DNA of 63,798 nucleotides, filler included, from Asterionella formosa (GCA_002256025.1; 4 parts of 4 records of this genome joined end to end with filler, not necessarily neighbours in it), one strand, 5' to 3'; numbered from the whole stretch's first letter, positions 37,801 to 51,219 are shown. Numbers and translations are program-made. Notes: generated from the sequence alone by a model not told the origin.

Positions 37801-39665
37801 CAGCGATGTCGGGGGAACGATCACAATAACGGAAGTGACTCTGGATGAATAGACTCTTCGTCAGCGAGGAACAAAAGTTTTGGTTTCACCTTCGAAAGCA
37901 ATCTTTCTTTCTTTTGTATTTCGGCCACTCTTAAATCTGCATACTTCATTTTTTCTCTCTGGAGAATTATGTAGCTGTTTCAACATCATCTGATCTCTCT
38001 GTGAACACAAATGATTTTTCTACTGATCGCATCAGTGTTTCACATGCAATCCTTTCCGATTCAAATAATTGTTGAATAGTGCGTAGCAAAGGTTAATTGC
38101 CTGATGGTGTTTGCTGGAGGAACATTGCGTACATACATAATATAATGCACATGGAACATACAAATAAGAAATGAATGGAACATTTATGATAGATTGGTAA
38201 TATTTGTATGATCCTATATCACATTTTTATAACTATTTAATCCTATTCTAGTAGTACCATACTTTTATTTTTAAAACCACCATTCTTTCATCACAAACCA
38301 TCGTACGTTTTATGGAATGTAATCATATTTCTATGATCAATTTATTACTTATTCAATCATCATACTTTATTACGATGCTATCGTACTTTCTATAAAACGC
38401 TATCACACTTCTATGATTGATTTGTCATCTATTCAATAATCATACTATTTTTCAAGGGCATCGTTCTTTTTATAGAATGTCATCATATTGTATGATCAAT
38501 CAACTATTTATTCAATATTGATTTGGGATAGTGTACCGGTAATGTATCAACCAGGAGAATAATTCCAAAGAGGACAGTGTCTTTACTGTCTATTTCAACG
38601 GTTCGATGCACAACGATGCGGATACAGCATTTTACAGTAGCAATCCACTATAATGACAGCCACTCCCTCTATTGACGGTACCATCTGTAAAGCAGGTTTC
38701 AACAATGATAAAAGCAGAATACAACAACATGCCAAACACGAAAACAAGCAGCAAAGAATAAGATTGCAATAAGGGATCGGTCAAGAAGACTGAAAGTGAG
38801 CATTGTCCTGCAGCCAGCTCTACAGTAAAGGAACAATCGAACATCGAACCCACTGCCTCAATTGATTCAAGTGGTGTGTCAAAGCAGTTGTGGAAAACTC
38901 AAAACGTCCGGTAGCAAGTGAATAAACAGCTACATCAAAGGACTTACTGTCATCAAAGGCAGGAACGACAATTACAAAGGTGCTCTGATGAGACCACATG
39001 GGAATTATGTAATCAGAATCACTCTGTTATCATGTAGACAATCTCTTCCTTTCTCGTATCTCCTGTTTCGCTGTGTTTCAATCATCGATGTAATATGTTC
39101 TAATTATAGATTTCAAGTAGAAGTGAAATTTGCTCTTCTATAATAAATGTTGTTTGAGGAATTGAATAAGGTTGTTATGCAGCTTGCTCGATGTTCCAGG
39201 AATGGATGGGGATATAAACTATGTAAGTCTGGTATCTATATCTGTGAAGCCAGCCATGAGTTTGGTCCTTGTTGTAGTTGTTAACCATTTTTGTCGATAG
39301 TAATACTGAGCGATTCCTTCATGATCTTGATCTGCAGCGATGCAAGTTTAGTGCCTGATATCCCACCACCAAGCCAATCGAGTAGTAGTTAGATCTTTTT
39401 GGAAACAACGTTGTCATTGCATTGTAAGTTTCCTGCGCTGATGCCATATGCATATCTTTACTTCGATTCCGAATTTTGCTTATTTAATTCCTTGGCTCCT
39501 TAGTTATTCTACTCTACTAGTTAAACTATTCTAATCACTCTTTTAACAAACACACCTTCCAATCTCCTTTTGAACTTGTCAGGTCAGTTAATTGGCTCAC
39601 ATCGTCCATCCTCTCCTTGTTCATCATCACTGTTGATTACCCTCTTCCAGTCTTTCATAGCAAAT

Positions 39666-39880
39666 TTGTATCCAAATTGATAGCAAAGTTTCAAACCCTA
39701 ACCCTAATGCCAACAATAGATACCAATTTGGAAATCCGATTGGGTAGTAAACATAAAATTGATATCTATTTGGATCCAAATTGGTAGCAGCATTTCACAC
39801 CCTAACCCTAATGCCAGCAAAAGATACCAACTTGGAGACCTGATTGGTTGTAAAAATAAAAATGATACAAAATTGAAACC
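39666..39880. repeat. ~104-bp tandem duplication containing (CCCTAA)2
   Basis: CCCTAACCCTAATGCCA..GATACCAA at ~39696 and ~39800. Confidence 0.75.
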
Positions 39881-40626
39881 TATTTGTAATTTCAACTGCC
39901 CATTGGCATTTGCACCACAATTACTTAGAGAAACCAAAATTGCACCATCAGACTACCCATATATAAAATCCGTGCTACGGCCTGCACTACCGTAGTAATA
40001 TTTTCTACATAGGATCACGATCAGATTCATATAAGTTATGTATTTGTAGTAGCCAATGGCCGTAGGCTACCCGCTACATACATATAATTGGACATTCCGG
40101 TACTAGTAAAGTATTCCAAGCATTGTGGATCATACATACCGGTATATTGGTTACTATCGGTAATGAATTTTTAACTACCGTAAGGCACTCCTTGCTGACG
40201 TCATGTTGTCGCTGCACCACCTTGCACCACCATAGACCTACTGGTACCAGGTACCACGAGGATACTGTAAGAACGTCAGTCAAAGTGGCTGGTTCTTGGT
40301 GAATGGCTGTTGGGTTCGCATTGATTGTTCTGCAGAAACTCAATTCAAGTGGACTCTGCAAATATATATATATATGCTCATGTATACGAACATTTCATTC
40401 TACGACTTGATGTCAACTGCTTTTGGACGTCAGCACGATGTCATGAAGTCGTGGTCACATCTGAATTGCGAGCAATATACCGCTACAGTGTACTCCTTGT
40501 ACATGAATCATAAAATATAGAAATATTTTTACTGGTAAATGTACCAACAATCCTTTGCTCGCCTCATCCTGTGGTGCGACCCATAAAAAATCTTTTCCTT
40601 GACACGAAATATACATGCATAGCATC

Positions 40627-41624
40627 ATGAGAATCACTGCTGCCTCTGCCTTCCTCATCGCCTCCAGCGCTAATGCTGCATTTATGCCTCAATCTCAAAA
40701 CACCCGAATTGGAGTTGTTATGAGAGGATATCTGGATGATTTGACCCGGGAGCTTAATTCTGCTGCAGACAATCCAGACATTGAAGGAACCAAGAAAGAA
40801 GTTACCAATCAAAAGAAGGAAGATATTGATCGTTTCGGACCTGCAAAGTGGGACAAATATGCTGACTTTGGAGATGAATTCGATGGAGGTGATGGCCAAA
40901 TGGGTGTGGCTGGAGATGGTAAGAAAGGTCTCGAGAAGTTTGGAAGTGACGTGTCCCCTTCCTTCGCGAAGTCCAAGACGATGAGTGCCAAGAACGCATG
41001 GGGTACCTCGACGGGATACGCTTCTGACTTGATCGAAAAAGGAGTAGAAGAAGTTCGGGCGCAGCAAATGGAGAACTGGATGAACCAGCAGGAACTCCGC
41101 CGAAAGAAGAATGCGCACAGGGAACTGACTGAAAGTTTTGACTCCGTGTCCACCGAAGAAGACTGGCGGGCTCTTGCCAAGTTTGGAGTTCAGAGGAATC
41201 AGGTACGGTCATTAAAGATTGACTTAGAATTATTTAATTTTTGATCAGTTGTTATGCAATATCTAACTCGAGATCTCTCGCAAAACTACAGGATTTCGAT
41301 TTTGAGAAAGCATTTGGTGCTGTTGTCCCGGGTAGCACACTCGAAGGGACTATTGAGCTCGTCTCCCGCATTGGTCAGATCCGAATTCACGAATTCAATC
41401 TAAAGAATGAATTCATGGGATACGCTGATTTTCGGGCGGCCTTTACTTCGGAAACTCCAGGTGATTTCACTGTTGTTCCTTCGGAAGGATCATTGAGCAG
41501 CAAGGAAGGAATTGACTTCGTGGTCAAGTTCAAGCCCACTAATCCTGGGGCAGTGGTCGGCTATCTCGTCATTGATACGGAGGATATGAAGAAAACTTGG
41601 AAGGTTATTGGAAGCACAGCGTAA
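40627..41624 (+). CDS. Uncharacterised plastid-targeted protein with a C-terminal beta-rich domain
   Basis: Exons 40627-41202 and 41292-41624. Signal peptide ending ANAA|FMP; MRGYLDDL; FDGGDGQMGVAGDG; C-terminal FTVVPSEGSL..FVVKFKP..GYLVIDTE. Confidence 0.85.
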
Positions 41625-42084
41625 ATATGTCGTTTGCTTCGTAGTTCGATCTTAATGATTACATCTCTAGCTATACCAATACTGGGTGTGATGATGGCAA
41701 ATTGAAGCAACCTTTTCAATCGTACAACGCTCTAGCTTTTGAATTGAGTAGTTCTAAGTTATTTGTCGAGCAATAATCATTGTAACTTCTTCGAAAGTAG
41801 ATCCATAGTGCTGCATTTTCTATGTGACCCTTGCATATCGTCTCCAAAGGCGCCATGGTCTTCAGCCTTCCCAAGCCAATCTGCTTCCCCAAATCAATTA
41901 TATGGTTCACACCAACAAAATTCATGCAACCAAGTACATGGAATTGTTCCATAAACACCTACATTCCCATAACATTCTAGATCGTTGCATGAAGTTAAGG
42001 GAGATCGCCAATACTGTTGGCAAGGAAGCAGCTATGAGGGAGACAGAAATAACTGGCTGACACTACCCAAGCAGCAGGTCTATA

Positions 42085-42480
42085 ACACTTTTTGCACAAA
42101 AGTTTCCGAAAATGCACAACAAGTGAGTCTGGGAAACTTGGAACTATCCTTTTTCACTAAATATGTAACAAATCAATAATCATTTCTATCAATGATAGAT
42201 TATTTTCCTCTCCCCACGTACAAGCACCGAGTGTCACCACACCTGTTGGGATGATCCACGGCGGGTTAGTTTTATCCACAAAAAACCCAGGCTTGGCATG
42301 CCAGGAAGCGTTATGATGGCTACCCTACCAATCATAGAGTAGCAATAAGGCGCTTAATAAATGAAATTATAAAATGATAGATTATTTTCCTATGCATCTT
42401 TTAAATGAAGCTTTTTTACTAAAAGGAAAGTCGAAAAAAATTAACAATATTTTTACACTGTCAAAATCGTCAGCAATTTG
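42085..42480. mobile_element. Partial copy of the CACTTTTTGCA MITE family
   Basis: ACACTTTTTGCACAAAAGTTTCCGAAAATGCAC..GTCTGGGAAACT matches the reverse complement of the right end of 4588-5582. Confidence 0.7.
42210..42372 (+). mobile_element. Short retroposed insert (5'-truncated LINE or SINE) with a 19-bp TSD
   Basis: Flanked by exact AATGATAGATTATTTTCCT (42191-42209 and 42373-42391); A-rich 3' end AATAAATGAAATTATAA. Confidence 0.75.
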
Positions 42481-43499
42481 GATGCATAATGTATCCAATT
42501 TAGATACCATGACGTCGTCATAGCTGACGTCATACAACATCACTACATCGTAATACAATTGTATATCATGTAGACTACTACTGGTATTACATAATATTGT
42601 TACGATGATTCACGTACCACCTTTACAACAATTTCACATGTCATCTGCTCGGAACAAAGATGAAGACCTCTCCAGAGATGAGTGATCTCGTTTCTATATT
42701 GAAGGGTTAATTATGCTGGCAAAGTTGGCCAGTTTGTATGCTACGCAACAAAGGCCAAAGCGTTGGTCAATGTGTCCGACAGGTTCTCCAATAAATCTGT
42801 TCTGGACCATGCCCACAAGCCTTTCGAAATGAAGAAAATCGTCACATGGTACAATTTCTCTCCTTTACCTGAATAATTCGAATCTGTTGTGGAGGGTGAT
42901 CTCTGGATCAAGATCAAGATTGATCAGATTGTCTCACAGTTTGTTGCTCATGGTCAAAATCATGAATCGACCATTCTTATCAATAATATTTGTGATTGTT
43001 TGTATGCCATGCAACTTGAGCATACAGAAGTAAGTAATCGCGCGCTAGCCGCAACATTTGCTTCAAAAAAGCAGAATAGAAATAATTATTTTTAGCACTA
43101 CTACGAAAATGAATGCGAATTTGTTTCTAGACGAAATACCATTTTATATTTGTAGGTAATGTATTTCAATTCATTCGCACCACCCAAAAAAAGAATATCT
43201 AACTCTAGCCGCACTTAGTTATGTTAATACCCGCCGTCCTGTCAATTGCGTAATCATACACTTGAAATATTATATGTATGTATGTATGTAGCTATGTATG
43301 TATGTTATAACGTCCATTGCCACATTGTTTTATGTCTCGCAATTGTGTAGGATGCAATTTCTTCTTGATTTGTGTATATGAGGCAGTGGAGCCAGTGCAC
43401 ATCCACCGGTCATAGTGATGTGGTCTTGCATCTTGCTGATCAACCACATGCAACACATTTTACCAAAGACTGACAATGGTTTTCTCGAAAATCTTAACA

Positions 43500-44450
43500 G
43501 CCTCCCAACTTGGGGAAGAAATCCGAATTCAACCAGTCCCCCTTCATGAAGATACATTTTTTTGTCATGAAGTTGAAACTTCGAGTGTTGCTTGATCAAC
43601 ATAAGCACCACATGCAACGTCGGTTGTTACTTCGCCTTTTCCTACAAGGTCAGCCACCTCGACAACAAAGAGAAAGTGGATCCAGATCTGGATAAACTAG
43701 TAATTTGGAAAGAGCGGAGAAAATCTATTCGGTTCCCCTGATTCGCTCAAAAGATCGGCGGAAAGAAGGTGAGATGGCAGGCACTTGATATTAATCCTTG
43801 CAAAACCGATAATCTCAACTCTGCTAGAAATTTTGTCAGTGAGGTTTGGCCAACATTCCAATGTCTCCAAATCAATGATCTCCGCTCGTTTCTTCAAAAT
43901 AACTGCTGCAGCCATGAAAACTGTAAAATATATTATGGGAGATGAAGAGAGCCACCATGATCCAGAGCGTTTCACCTTGAAAGATTTTTTGTTGAATTTG
44001 TCCTGTTTTCCCGACGATTTTTTCGACCCAAAAATTTTCTTTTCCTTGACCTTGGCAAGCAAAAGATTTTGGGTTAAGTCGGCACAGATAAGGCAACTGA
44101 GTTTCTTATCAAGGGATCTTTCGACAGAAAGAACAGACATGTCGATTTCTGCAGGCAGATGACAGGCAAGGCAATGTCGTTAGTTGCCTGTGGAGCATTC
44201 ACTGAAAAAATGAATACCACATCAAAAAAGAACATTGACATGCTTTGGAACAGGTTGTTGACTTTCATTCCTGATACTGTCTTGCAGCCTGTTGTAAGTG
44301 ATGCAACAGATGTCAGGGCGGGTGAGTATGCCACTTACCTGTACATTGTTGCACACTGCTGTGAATTCAAATGTTCGCCAGGAGCCACATTTGACTACCA
44401 GCATGCAGAACTGGTTGTCAATGACGTTGACAGTTGCCTTCCTTGGTGAT
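43500..44450 (+). pseudogene. Frameshifted ORF remnant of unknown family
   Basis: Protein-like segments in shifting frames (PDLDKLVIWKERRK..QKIGGKKVRWQALD; AAAMKTVKYIMGD..FPDDFFDP; IDMLWNRLLTFIPD). Confidence 0.3.
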
Positions 44451-44674
44451 TTGATATGTCCCTAGGTTCTGTTGAGTTTCCATTAATGTCACTAGTTTCC
44501 TTTTTACTTAATTCTTATGGCAAATGATGAGATCAGTCAGTCTATTAAAAAGATACTACATTGATATTTGTTACATATGCTTTTCATGCTCTCATAAGTA
44601 AAGGAATTACAAAAACGAGCTTAATAATTTATTGCTTTCATTCCCTAGTTCTCTAAGCTGACACGCCTTACTCC

Positions 44675-45030
44675 CAACCATGATTGGTATTTTCCCAAAA
44701 AGCTTGGGCATCTTGAAGACTTGTCCAGCATTCTCCACTCCATTACCTGATTGGCATTTTCCTGAAAAGCTCGGGCATTTTGAATGCTTGTCCAGCAATC
44801 TCCACTCCATTACCATGATTGGCATTTTCCCAAACAGCTTAGGCATTTTGAATAATCATCCAGCAATCTCCTCTCCGTTATCATGATTAGTATTTTCCCG
44901 AATAGATTGGCAGTTTGAAGACCAGGTCCAGCAATCTCCACTCCATTAGCTACCATTACTGGCATTTTCCCGAACAGCTTGGGCATTTTGACGCACAACT
45001 CATCCAGCAATCTTCACTCCATTATGATAA
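44675..45030. repeat. ~68-bp minisatellite, ~5 copies
   Basis: TGATTGGCATTTTCC..GGGCATTTTGA..CCAGCAATCTCCACTCCATTA unit at ~44681, 44748, 44816, 44884 and 44956. Confidence 0.9.
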
Positions 45031-45059
45031 TTTTACCGAAATCGATTTACAGCTAGTGA

Positions 45060-45425
45060 TATTCCCACACTGAGATTTGTCATTGTGGAAATACTACAAA
45101 TCACTGTTTCTACACAGTTGCAACAGAAAATTATGGGGGAAAAGATAATAAGGGTTTTTACCATTTAGCATAGTAAAAAACTAAGTTTCTTTCTTCTTCA
45201 CTTTCTCGCCAGACCCTGTAGGAAGCCTGTCATTTAATGGAGCGGACCTACCTGTGTGATACCCATACTTTGACCAATGATGGCATCTAAGCATTTAGAA
45301 AGAGTGTCCAATGGTGAAAGCTCAGTGTAGGGATATACATATTTATTTTACTAGTGAAAAGTGTGTGGTTGATAACTCTGAATCAATGATATATTTGTAA
45401 CCCTAGCTTGAGCTACTCAATTCTG
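45060..45425. repeat. Dispersed repeat family (copy 2)
   Basis: GAGTGTCCAATGGTGAAAG..GAATCAAT..TTGAGCTA is similar to 13160-13275. Confidence 0.6.
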
Positions 45426-46365
45426 TATACTACTACTGGTGTACAACGCAAAAGTAAACAGCGCACAACGAAGAAATTTCCAAAATGTACTACCGGTACA
45501 TGGGTGGCAACCAATGACGGCAACAACGACTTGACTTTGTTTCGCTCCAATTTATTTTGTTTATATTGAATATATAAATACATTTATACCGTTTTTCTTT
45601 TCAGCTGGTTCATCCTAGTAGCCGGCTATGTCACACTGTTTAGTTTTTTAGTATATGTATTTCACGGCATCACTTTTGAACGGCAGGCTACACTTCGATC
45701 GCATCATTCATGTTGTAACCACGTACCGGCACTCCCACCAGGTGCCAGTAGTCGAGTCCTGGTACCCTGGTACTGGTACCAGGTACCAGGACTGTTAGCA
45801 CAGAATGCCATGCTGGCGAATGAGGAACATTATGATGATCATGTCGTTTAGGTATTCATACATAGTGAGAGAACCGAGCACTGTGCGTGCCGTTTTCGTT
45901 TGTAGTCTACAGGTACCAGGTACCAGGTACCAGGGTACTGGTGCTCCAGGTTCTCCTGTGGTGCAGAGCGAGCAAACTACCTACCGGTATCGCCACAACC
46001 TCCTCGGCGAGCAGGCTAAACTTTTAACGCTCGCCAGTCGCCCTGCGATGCAGGAAACCGTTCAGCGGTTATCCACCTAATTCATCTCAGCTAGTTTTGT
46101 CTTGGTCCGGCGCATGTCAGGTTCAAAAACGTCATGGATCTTCTTATGTAAGAGTATTTTAAGATAAACGTGTACAAGTGCGGAAACAATTGAATGTCGC
46201 CGAATTTTGCTTTTAGTATCGAAAGTCCAAAACGCACGATAGCCACGACGACAGGAAGAGACGAGACCTTGGTGAAACCATCATCAAGTCCTTTCGCTGT
46301 GAGGTTTCACTTGCCCTGAACCAATCTCTATAAACTCGTTAGAAGAATTCTGGCCATTCACAATT

Positions 46366-48606
46366 ATGGGAACAACAGTCTCGAAGCAACAAGAACGCCA
46401 AGACGAAGAGACTACGTCGAGACCTAAAGCTGAGAGTATCAATCAGGCCACTGCGACTGTCGACGAAAACAAATCACTCGGCAACCCGAACAACGAGCCT
46501 TTTGGTCTGATGTCGAAGCCTTCGGGAAAAATTGGCCATTCATCAAGGAAGGGAAGTAACGGCATGAGAAAGGGCCCGAGTGGATCTCACCATTCTAGCA
46601 TGCCATCGCAACAATCGGTCCACGACGAGGGAGGTAGCAGCTACGTTGCTGACGATGAAGTCAAAGTCAACCTTGCAATGGCAGATTTGATGGCTTATCT
46701 ACTGGTTGTAGCCAATAACAGCAATAATCTTCCTTTGACTCGTCGAGATGATCCTGAAGTCGGGAAAACTGTTTCCAGTTTGACTGCTGATGAGTACGCA
46801 CGCAAGAGTGCCGCGTTCGTACCAGCCGACGTCCGCGTAATTGGTGGTTCCTTTACTAAATACGGGCGAGTCTGGGATCTACCTACTAGTGAAGAATACA
46901 CTGCTGCTGATGGTGCTCAAGAGCCAGGTACGTTTCGTTGAATTATATTGTGGACATGTTAATGGAGGTGCATTTTGCCTAGAACTCATGAACCTGTCCC
47001 CTACTTTGTCAATGTGCAGGTCGATCATATGGAGGTGCATGTTGTAATGCAATGTTGAAGGTTTTGTATGATGCTGCGAATGAAGCAGCGGAAAATTCTC
47101 ACGATGGTGGCTTGGGTACAGGATCCAACTCACTTTTTGATGATGATGATGACACCACAGTCGGGCCAGCGATACCGCTAGAGCGAGGCCGTACAAACGA
47201 AAGCCTTGTACTTGGCGATATTTCGTCTCCTTTATCTATCACATGGGCGGATCTCTTGCGAAAAATGAAAGCGGAAATCGTAGACATTGAATATGCTCAG
47301 ACACCAACGCTCACATCAACCCGAAAATTCGACATTAATAAACCCTTCTCCCTCATTCCTGATGGTTTTGATCCCAGTAAGGGACAGAAGCGCTCGCTGC
47401 TGATTGGATGCAACTACATTGATGTTGCTGGGGCTGAGCTGAAGGCCAGTCACGACGATATTCGGTCGATGAAGGTAAATACTTGCTTGACCTGCATGTG
47501 GTTACGATGCTACAAGATTCAAGTCTAACTGAACGTTTTTCTTTCCCTTCACTTAAAGGACTACATTGTAAACGTACATGGCTTCCCAGAGGCAAAGGGA
47601 TTGATGACCGTTTTGATGGACGACGATGAACACAAGAGCCCTACACACATGAACATAACTGAATCGCTCAAGGCGCTCTCAGAACAAAGCAGGCCTGGTG
47701 ATGCCGTCTTTATCCAGTTTTCTGGACATGGAGGACGCATTATTGACTCAGCAATTGACGAAGAAGCTGAAAGCTATGATGAGGTTATTGCACCAAGCGA
47801 CTACGAAGTATCTGGATTAATTCGTGACACATTGATCTTCAAGACGCTTCTCGCTCCAATGCAACATGGTGTTACCGTAACAATTTTGATTGATACTTGT
47901 GATACCGGGATGATGTTGGACCTCCCATATTCGTGGTCCACAAAAACTGATCGTATCGAAACTCTTGCTAAGGTATGTTATGTGCTTCTCGATTGATGTA
48001 TTTACTACCGGTTTCAGTTGTCTCATGTTCATGCCCACGCAGCTGTCTTTGAATGATGACTTTAGTTTTGTTCGATTCTTAAAGGTTGTCAAAACACTGT
48101 ACGAAGCATCAACTTTCACACAGCTTGGAAGAACTGTTGGCTCGGCTTTGAAAGTTAGCCGTGATGATGCTATCATGGACGAAGAAGATGACACTTTAGG
48201 GAACGATACCCATAGCTCATTGGATGACATTGGCGGTCAAAAGCGTACCTCGGCTATGCAATCATCATTCATGAATGCTCTCACTGGATGTACTTCATCT
48301 GATAAATTTGGAAATGTGGCAAAATCAAAGAAAAAGAAGGGAGGCAATGGTGACAATGCAACAGTAGTCACACTAGACTCGCGCCAAACAAATACTGTTG
48401 CAACATCTAAGCCCACCTTATTGGAGCAAGTTATGAATTGTACATTGGGAACGGATGCTGGTGCAGAATCTGACGATGATACATACAATCCAAGATACCA
48501 GGATCAAAGTTTCGGAGCAGAAACTACAACTACATTTGAGACGTACACCGATGATGGCTATGAATCCGCTCCTCGATCTCGCAAAAATCAAGGAAAGCGA
48601 CGTTGA
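46366..48606 (+). CDS. Type III metacaspase (p10 before p20), putatively N-myristoylated
   Basis: Exons 46366-46927, 47020-47474, 47559-47972 and 48043-48606. p10-like GGACCNAMLKVLY..TWADLL..QTPTLTS precedes p20 KRSLLIGCNY..LKASHDD..FSGHG..DTCDTG..LDLPY. Starts MGTTVS. Confidence 0.9.
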
Positions 48607-49294
48607 GGCTATGCACTGTTACAGTGTCCCTTTACTGTGCTCAGATACTTTTATTATTCTATTTCTTGGGTGCGAGCTTTGTATTTGTATTCCAAATACC
48701 GGTAGTACCTTTAGTCAATCGACTACTGATATTATGGTGCATCTGTATGATTCTGTACCCTTTACTATTAGTCAATTCATTTCATACTGCGTTTACGTTG
48801 GTGGAAAAACAACATCGAACATGCAACATGACAATGACACTTTTAACATCATAGAACACACCAACTCAATGTTTAAAAATTCATGCTCCTTCCCACAGGT
48901 GGGTCCCATTTCCGTACTTTCTAATGTGCTAGTGAAACTTGCTAGTACCACTGCCTTAATTTTCTCTGCTAGCCTTCCTGCATAGATAATATAATTGACC
49001 TTTCTGTCAATTAACACTGTTTACCAAATCTCAGATTAGTGACCTAATCTTACTGTTTCATTGATATGCATCTTTTGCTTCTCACAAGACATTCCAATTA
49101 CCTATGAATTTCCATTTAACAGAGTGGAATTTGATCTCCATGGATGTCGTTAATCTTTGATCTCATGAGCTAGCTGGTGACTGGCATAGCAACACATGAT
49201 TCAACTCATTGGAGTAAAATCGAGTCCACAATCCTTGTGACTTGAACCAATTTTCTCAACAACTCAATGCAACAATTAAGGTTCCTGCATTTGA

Positions 49295-50180
49295 AACCCG
49301 AATTTGGCTGAGCTACCGTTAAAAATATAATATCTATTCAGAGTTATCAAGCACACACTTCTCATGAGTCGATTAAATTTGTATCTATCAAAACAGAGCT
49401 TTCACCATTTGACACCCTTTCCATATGCTTGTTCTTAGATACATTCATTGATCAATATATGGGTATAGGTCAACTCTATATGTCGTCAGTTTATAGAATA
49501 TGGCAACAAACTGCAGAAAGGAACTTTGGATTCTTTACTATGCTAAAATACTGAGAAAATTCAGGGTCAAAGTATTTTTCCGGTATAGTAAGAGGACCGA
49601 AGTTCCTTTCTGCAGTTTCTCACAATAAGTTACATAATCATTTTTATTTTAAGGCTACCCATGTAGCTATTTCACTCGCCTTCAAACACTACAAATATTG
49701 AGCAATCGTCATCCAAAAAGTCGACATTTTTGGCATTTTACACACTCTCCCTAATATTAGAATTAGAATCACGTTTGATGAATTAAAGTTCCTGCATTTG
49801 AAACCCAAGAGGCAAAAATGAAATTATTGTTTAGTAAGGTTGCCAGATTTCCTTGGAATTGGTAATTTGTAGGAGCGATTTTGAATAACAATGAAGTCTT
49901 TTGAAATCTTTAAAATATTGGAAATTGGCACATACTAGGCACATGTATAGGATAATTTACACCGAAAAATTTCTTCACAAGTCTCCTATGCCAATGAAAA
50001 TGTTTTGGCGCACAGTGATTCTCATTCCGATATTTCGGAGACAGGTGAAAAGGCCAAATTGGTTGAATTTTTGGATGACAATTGCTCAAGGTTGGCAGGG
50101 TTTGAAGCCAAATAAAATACATAGGGGTAGTAACCTTCTTATAATACTAGTATCAGTATTTAACAACTTCTGGCAAGAAA
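49295..50180. repeat. Dispersed repeat family (copy 3, fold-back arrangement)
   Basis: 49295-49430 is the reverse complement of 45300-45420; hairpin CTGCAGAAAGGAACTT..AAGTTCCTTTCTGCAG; 49650-49760 is inverted relative to 50030-50140, which resembles 12820-12910. Confidence 0.65.
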
Positions 50181-50271
50181 CTAGTAAGAAAAGGAACTCT
50201 ACGTAATTCACATACAAAGTGTACACAACATCCATCACATGTTATCAATAATTGCTACCATGAGAGCCTCA

Positions 50272-50560
50272 CTAGAACACGTTCTCATACAAACAAGGTG
50301 ACATTGGTACCTATAGGTGATGGAGGGTATACTAGAACACGTTCTCATACAAACAAGGTGACATTGGTACCTATAGGTGATGGAGGGTAGGCTAGAACAC
50401 GTTCTTGTACAAACAAGAAGACAGTGGTATCTATAGGTGATGGAGGGTACGCTAGAACACGTTCTCGTACAAACAAGGTGTCATTGGTAGTATCTATGGA
50501 TGATGGAGGGTATGCTAGAACACGTTTTCGTACAAAGAAGGTGACAGAGGGTATGCAATA
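50272..50560. repeat. 60-bp tandem repeat, ~4.5 copies
   Basis: CTAGAACACGTTCTC at 50272, 50332, 50392, 50452 and ~50515. Confidence 0.92.
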
Positions 50561-50635
50561 ACATGGACACGTAGAATATCTTCTGCTATAAATATTAGGG
50601 ATACATACTACTACAAGTAGCTATGTTTGTACTGC

Positions 50636-50679
<44 letters not shown>
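50636..50679. repeat. (AGT)n microsatellite
   Basis: About 14 perfect AGT units. Confidence 0.95.
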
Positions 50680-50685
50680 GAAGAC

Positions 50686-51200
50686 AATGAGACAGCAAAT
50701 CCATCTTGACCATGACGAATTTATCGGACTGAATATCTCCACTAATATTTACGATGAACAATTCCTATTTCGCACATATATTTAGACAAATAAAGTCGAT
50801 GTAATTATTCAATAATTTAATTTTTTGCAGTAATATTGAAAACAAAAAGTTGAATTCGCCAAAGAATTTGTTTTTGTTCGTCGTTTGCTCAGTTTTGAAG
50901 ATATAGCCAAAGGGAAGGCACCATTGAATTCGCAGTGACTAGCTTGATAACTTCTCTATCTTCTCTACAAATAGATGAGAAAACTTGAGCAAAAGAAATC
51001 TCCGAGTGGGCACAACATCTCAAAATGCAAGAATTTACCTCAATGTCAACTTTTGTACTAGATTTCATGTATGCACTAATTTTCGTGGTTCAGATCTCTA
51101 TGGAATCTCTATTAGGTCATTTCACAGTTTAATATAGATATACATATAGTAATTTAACAATACCTGATTGTTCTTTTCGAAACCAAAAATTTCGCATCGG
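50686..51200 (-). mobile_element. Partial inverted copy of the 4588-5582 MITE interior
   Basis: Reverse-complement similarity to ~4650-5185 (CATCTTGACCATGACGAA, AACAATTCCTATTTCGCAC, AAAATTTCGCATCG). Confidence 0.7.
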
Positions 51201-51219
51201 TTGAAGAAAAACTAATTTC

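Noticed and set aside
41716..42060. Possible LINE C-terminal remnant (minus strand)
   Set aside because: Only vague protein-like segments and no diagnostic motif.
44607..45030. LRR-coding repeats (KLFGKMP/NLFGKI)
   Set aside because: The period is mostly 67-68 bp (not a multiple of 3), and the LxxLxL pattern is absent.
50272..50560. CRISPR-like array
   Set aside because: Whole 60-bp units repeat with no unique spacers; eukaryotic context and no cas genes.
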